Source of the DNA: Halodesulfurarchaeum sp.
GTDB lineage: Archaea; Halobacteriota; Halobacteria; Halobacteriales; Halobacteriaceae
Reading direction: 5' to 3'
Assembly: GCA_034520565.1 (NCBI GenBank)
Contig: JAXHNL010000002.1
Span: forward strand, 800,001-864,000
DNA: 64,000 bases
Under the pieces are notes generated by a model. It was not told the origin of the DNA. It worked only from the letters and a program-made list of their open reading frames with translations, and made no database searches. Positions within the stretch are counted from its first letter, which is position 1. Each line of letters starts with the position of its first letter. This document shows positions 60,523-64,000 of this stretch, piece after piece. The position numbers and the translations under genes are program-made.

Positions 60523-60652
60523 CGCCTCGAAATTCTGACGGGGGAACGGGAATCCAACGGTCTGATTCGTCCACGATAGATTTTGCGGGCGTTTCCGAGC
60601 TATTTCACCCGCTGGCACAGCGTTTTAGCCCTTTAGGACGGAACGGAACGGG

Positions 60653-61126
60653 ATGACGAATTTCGATCCCGGGGGCTTTCTCATCCTGCTGACGGTGATT
60701 CCGACCGTCATCGCGGGCGCCACCTCCATCGGGGTGGCCCACCTGACGGCGAGGCTCGGGTACGGGGACTACGACCGGAACGTCGTGCTCCTGCTGGTGC
60801 TCATGGTTTCGGTCTGGATCCTGGCGGCACTCCTGGTCACGACGAGTATGCTGGTGATTCTTTCCGTCGTCCTCGCGATGGCCGGGGCGTATGCGGCCAC
60901 GCGGAACGTCACGAGCGCCTCGTATGGATGGGTGCTGGGGGTCCTGCTGCTCTCCGTCGCGTTTGCCCTCTTGAGCGCGGTCTGGGTGTACCAGGGCGTC
61001 GATCAGCTGGGCCGCCCGCAGGGGCTTCTTTCTCGGCACGTCTCTCTCTTCTACGCTGTTGGGTTGGTCGGCTTCGGGGCCCTTGGTGGGACAGTGGTGG
61101 AGTTGGTCGGGCGGCAGTTGGGCTAA
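60653..61126 (+). CDS. Hypothetical membrane protein
   Basis: 157 aa with about 5 hydrophobic segments. Confidence 0.65.
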   Translation: MTNFDPGGFLILLTVIPTVIAGATSIGVAHLTARLGYGDYDRNVVLLLVLMVSVWILAALLVTTSMLVILSVVLAMAGAYAATRNVTSASYGWVLGVLLLSVAFALLSAVWVYQGVDQLGRPQGLLSRHVSLFYAVGLVGFGALGGTVVELVGRQLG

Positions 61127-61380
61127 CTGCGGTCCGAGAAATTTCCGGCCGAATCCACCCACCAGTGTCTCGTCATTGCTGGGGGCTTTCTCCCATTCGA
61201 GACGATTTCCGTTCCCATTAATCCAGCGAACCCTGTTGTACGCTCTTCGTGACAGTGCTTCCAATCCGGTGCTGTATAGGGCGTGTACCGGCCAGAACCG
61301 GCTCCAGAATGAATAGCCAGGTTCAATCAAAACAGGTGAACAACCGAAGGCTTATTCTCCCGTTTCCACGTATTGTGGGT

Positions 61381-61641
61381 ATGGCGAGTGCAACGCGCGA
61401 GGAATCTCCCGAGGAAGGGGTGGAATTCATCCACGAAGCGGATGGGAGTATTACAGCCCGTGACCTCGAAACCGGCGTTGCCTCGTTTGGAGAGACGAAG
61501 ACAAAGGCACTTCGTATGCTTGCGGAGGCGCTGGAATTGCACGAGGGTGCCGGAGAACCAGTTACTGATGAAGATTTAGCAGAGTGGGGGCTTGCGGACA
61601 GGGAGCCCGGCGAGAAGGAGCTTCCCGAGTTCATGCGGTAG
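61381..61641 (+). CDS. hicB: HicB-family antitoxin
   Basis: ITARDLETGVASFGETKTKALRMLAEALELH matches the HicB partial RNase H fold pattern. Confidence 0.8.
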   Translation: MASATREESPEEGVEFIHEADGSITARDLETGVASFGETKTKALRMLAEALELHEGAGEPVTDEDLAEWGLADREPGEKELPEFMR

Positions 61642-61893
61642 ATGGTTCGGACGAATTTTTCAGGGCGTGAAATCGCATCTGTGTTACTTGACCACGGGTT
61701 CGTCCGGACAGGCCGCGTTGGGAGCCATTTAAAACTCCGATATGAGTCACCAGACACGGAGGAGGTGCGGGTCGTGACAGTACCGATGAAATCGGCGGAT
61801 GACATCCCAACCGGGACACTTCAGTCAATCGCCGAACAAAGCGGGGCAACCGATTTCCACGCGTGGTGTCGGTGGATAGATCAGAACCTGTAA
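61642..61893 (+). CDS. hicA: HicA-family toxin
   Basis: SGREI..VL..HGF...GSH...VTVP...GTLQSI. Confidence 0.85.
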   Translation: MVRTNFSGREIASVLLDHGFVRTGRVGSHLKLRYESPDTEEVRVVTVPMKSADDIPTGTLQSIAEQSGATDFHAWCRWIDQNL

Positions 61894-62146
61894 CGTTCAA
61901 TTCGAACGGTCCTTCCCACAGCCCATTCTGGAATCCCCTGTGGAAAATATCGCGGTTTCCATGCTGCATACGATCCCTGTATTTCGCACCCGGATGAGAT
62001 CACCTACCCGTTAGTTTTCGACTCACCACGAAACCAGTTATCCGGCTCGGTCCGAACGGGAGTGCCTTCACGCAAAGCGTTCCCGAAACCTGTTTATCAA
62101 GACTCACTCACTACACGACACCAGCTCGAAGAAGCGACTCGAGCGG

Positions 62147-62974
62147 TCAGGCCCCCTCCTCTTCCTCCCGCAACTCCTCGAGTTCGGCCTCGACCTCCGA
62201 TTCGTCGACCTGAGCTTCGAGTTCCTTCTTGACCTCTTCGGCCTCCGCTTCCTCGGGGGTTGCCGGCTCCGCCTCACCTTCTCCCTCGGTCTCCCGCAAC
62301 GTCTCCAGCTCGGCCTCGAGTTCCCGCTCCTCCCGGCCCGCCTCGAGTTCGCGGTCGATCTGGTCCTGGTCGGAGATGGCACTGTCGAGCACGCCCCGTT
62401 CCTCGAGTTCGTCGAGGGCGGCGGCCCGAGCCTCCATCTCCTCGGTCTTCTCGGTTGCCTGCTCGATCGAGCGGTTGACGTCCTCCATCTCGTCCCCGAC
62501 GCCCGCGATGGCCTCCGAGACACGGGTTTGGGCCTCGGCGGCCTCGTAGCGGGCCTTCACGGTCTCCTTTTTCGTCTTGAATTCCTCTATCTGCCGCTTG
62601 AGGTCGGCCTTCTTCTCCTCGAGTGAGGACTGGGTCGATTCGAGTTCGTGGACCTGAGTCGAGAGGTCCTCGACCTGAGACTGTTTGGCCTGTTTCTTCT
62701 CGAGGGCCCGCTTTGCCAGATCCTCGCGGTCCTGGGCCATCGCCTCCCGGGCCTGCTCGTTGTGCTTCTCGATGTTCTCCTCCAGGCGGTCCCGCTGGAC
62801 TTCGAGGCGCTTTTTCTGGGCGGTGATGTCGGCGATGCCCTTCTCGACGTCGGTGAGTTCGTCCCGCATCTGCTGGTAGGAGTAATCCAGGGTTTCCTTC
62901 GGGTCCTCGGCCCGGCCGATGAGCGCGTTGAGCTTCGACCGGATCAGGAAGGACAGGCGTGAGAGCAATCCCAT
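62147..62974 (-). CDS. pspA: PspA/IM30 family protein
   Basis: MGLLSRL...AEDPKETL...REDLAKRALEKK, long coiled coil. Confidence 0.9.
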   Translation of the reverse strand: MGLLSRLSFLIRSKLNALIGRAEDPKETLDYSYQQMRDELTDVEKGIADITAQKKRLEVQRDRLEENIEKHNEQAREAMAQDREDLAKRALEKKQAKQSQVEDLSTQVHELESTQSSLEEKKADLKRQIEEFKTKKETVKARYEAAEAQTRVSEAIAGVGDEMEDVNRSIEQATEKTEEMEARAAALDELEERGVLDSAISDQDQIDRELEAGREERELEAELETLRETEGEGEAEPATPEEAEAEEVKKELEAQVDESEVEAELEELREEEEGA

Positions 62975-63097
62975 GGGCCCCGATTATGTCTCCATCGTTA
63001 AAACGTCTCTCTCCAACCCGGCGGGTCGACGGAGCCAAAAGCGCCGGGTCGGCACCTCGTCCGAAATGGTTTTTGCCGCCGGCACCGCACGGTCAGT

Positions 63098-64000
63098 ATG
63101 CCGACAGAGACCGGATACGACCCCTCGCTGGGGAACAAGTTCATTTTCGTGACAGGCGGGGTGATGTCGGGGCTCGGAAAGGGAATCACGGCGGCCAGTC
63201 TGGGCCGCCTGCTGGAGAACGCCGGCTTCGACGTAACGGCGGTCAAGATCGACCCCTATCTCAACGTCGACGCGGGCACGATGAACCCCTACCAGCACGG
63301 GGAGGTCTACGTCCTCAAGGATGGCGGCGAGGTCGACCTCGATCTGGGGAACTACGAGCGCTTCCTCGACATCGACATGACCTTCGATCACAACGTCACC
63401 TCGGGGAAGGTCTACCAGCACGTCATCGAGCGCGAGCGGGCGGGTGACTATCTCGGGAAGACCGTCCAGATCATCCCCCATCTCACCGACGACATCAAGC
63501 GGCGCATCCGCGAGGCCGCCGAAGGCCACGACGTCTGTCTCGTCGAGGTCGGCGGGACGGTGGGTGACATCGAGGGGATGCCGTTTCTCGAGGCCCTCCG
63601 GCAGTTCGTCGACGAGGAACCCGACGAGAACGCCCTCCTCACCCACGTGACTCTCGTTCCCTACGCCCCGAACGGCGAACAGAAGACCAAGCCGACCCAG
63701 CACAGCGTGAAGGAACTCCGCTCGATCGGCCTGCGACCGGACATCATCGTCGGTCGGTGTGATGACCCACTGGAGGAGGAAGTCCGGGAGAAGATCGCGC
63801 TGTTCGGTGACGTTCCCACCCGGGCGGTCTTCTCGAATTACGACGTGCCGGACGTCTACGAGGTCCCGCTCCTCCTTGAGGAGGAGGGAATGGACGAATA
63901 CGTGATGGACAAACTGGACCTCACAGAGCGGGCGATCCCCCGAGCCCATCGCAGTACCGAGTGGCGCGACCTGGTAACCCAGGAGACCGACAGGGTACTC
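63098..64000 (+). CDS. pyrG: CTP synthase (3'-truncated by window edge)
   Basis: Hand translation gives [58 protein letters not shown] and KTKPTQHSV. Confidence 0.96.
   Translation, partial: MPTETGYDPSLGNKFIFVTGGVMSGLGKGITAASLGRLLENAGFDVTAVKIDPYLNVDAGTMNPYQHGEVYVLKDGGEVDLDLGNYERFLDIDMTFDHNVTSGKVYQHVIERERAGDYLGKTVQIIPHLTDDIKRRIREAAEGHDVCLVEVGGTVGDIEGMPFLEALRQFVDEEPDENALLTHVTLVPYAPNGEQKTKPTQHSVKELRSIGLRPDIIVGRCDDPLEEEVREKIALFGDVPTRAVFSNYDVPDVYEVPLLLEEEGMDEYVMDKLDLTERAIPRAHRSTEWRDLVTQETDRVL

Noticed and set aside
56109-63949. Long minus-strand ORFs 56109-57953, 58822-60618 and 62984-63949
   Set aside because: They are shadows of the NCS2 permease, thrS and pyrG. pyrG is absent from the track only because it runs off the window.

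Overview
This is a GC-rich haloarchaeal (Halobacteria) chromosomal window with acidic proteins, archaeosortase, CarS, archaeal type II GAPDH and rpl16/L10e. Its gene content suggests an anaerobic or facultative lifestyle. Housekeeping genes (gap, rpl16, mutS-mutL, ubaA, nikR, ilvE, carS, pyrE, thrS, pspA, pyrG, tRNA-Phe) are interrupted by four accessory elements. (1) A minimal cooS-cooC Ni-CO dehydrogenase operon; CooC has a His/Cys-rich leader and an in-frame C12 homopolymer. (2) A 1446-aa surface protein whose N-terminal ~660 aa and promoter lie on a strongly AT-rich block fused in frame to a GC-rich C-terminus. (3) An aioB-aioA-like molybdoenzyme operon with a translationally coupled SlyD-like PPIase, bracketed by two ~78%-identical copies of a cupin 3' half. 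(4) A defence islet next to tRNA-Phe: RHH antitoxin plus truncated toxin, a type IIG restriction-modification gene split by a G10 tract and carrying an AT-rich specificity cassette, a stand-alone OLD-type ATPase-TOPRIM nuclease, an IS6 remnant and tRNA-derived palindromes. The best novelty candidates are homopolymer phase variation in an archaeon, the atypical Aio-like cassette and the chimeric surface protein. All calls come from motif reading only, with no database searches. Several local frameshifts mean sequencing error cannot be excluded.
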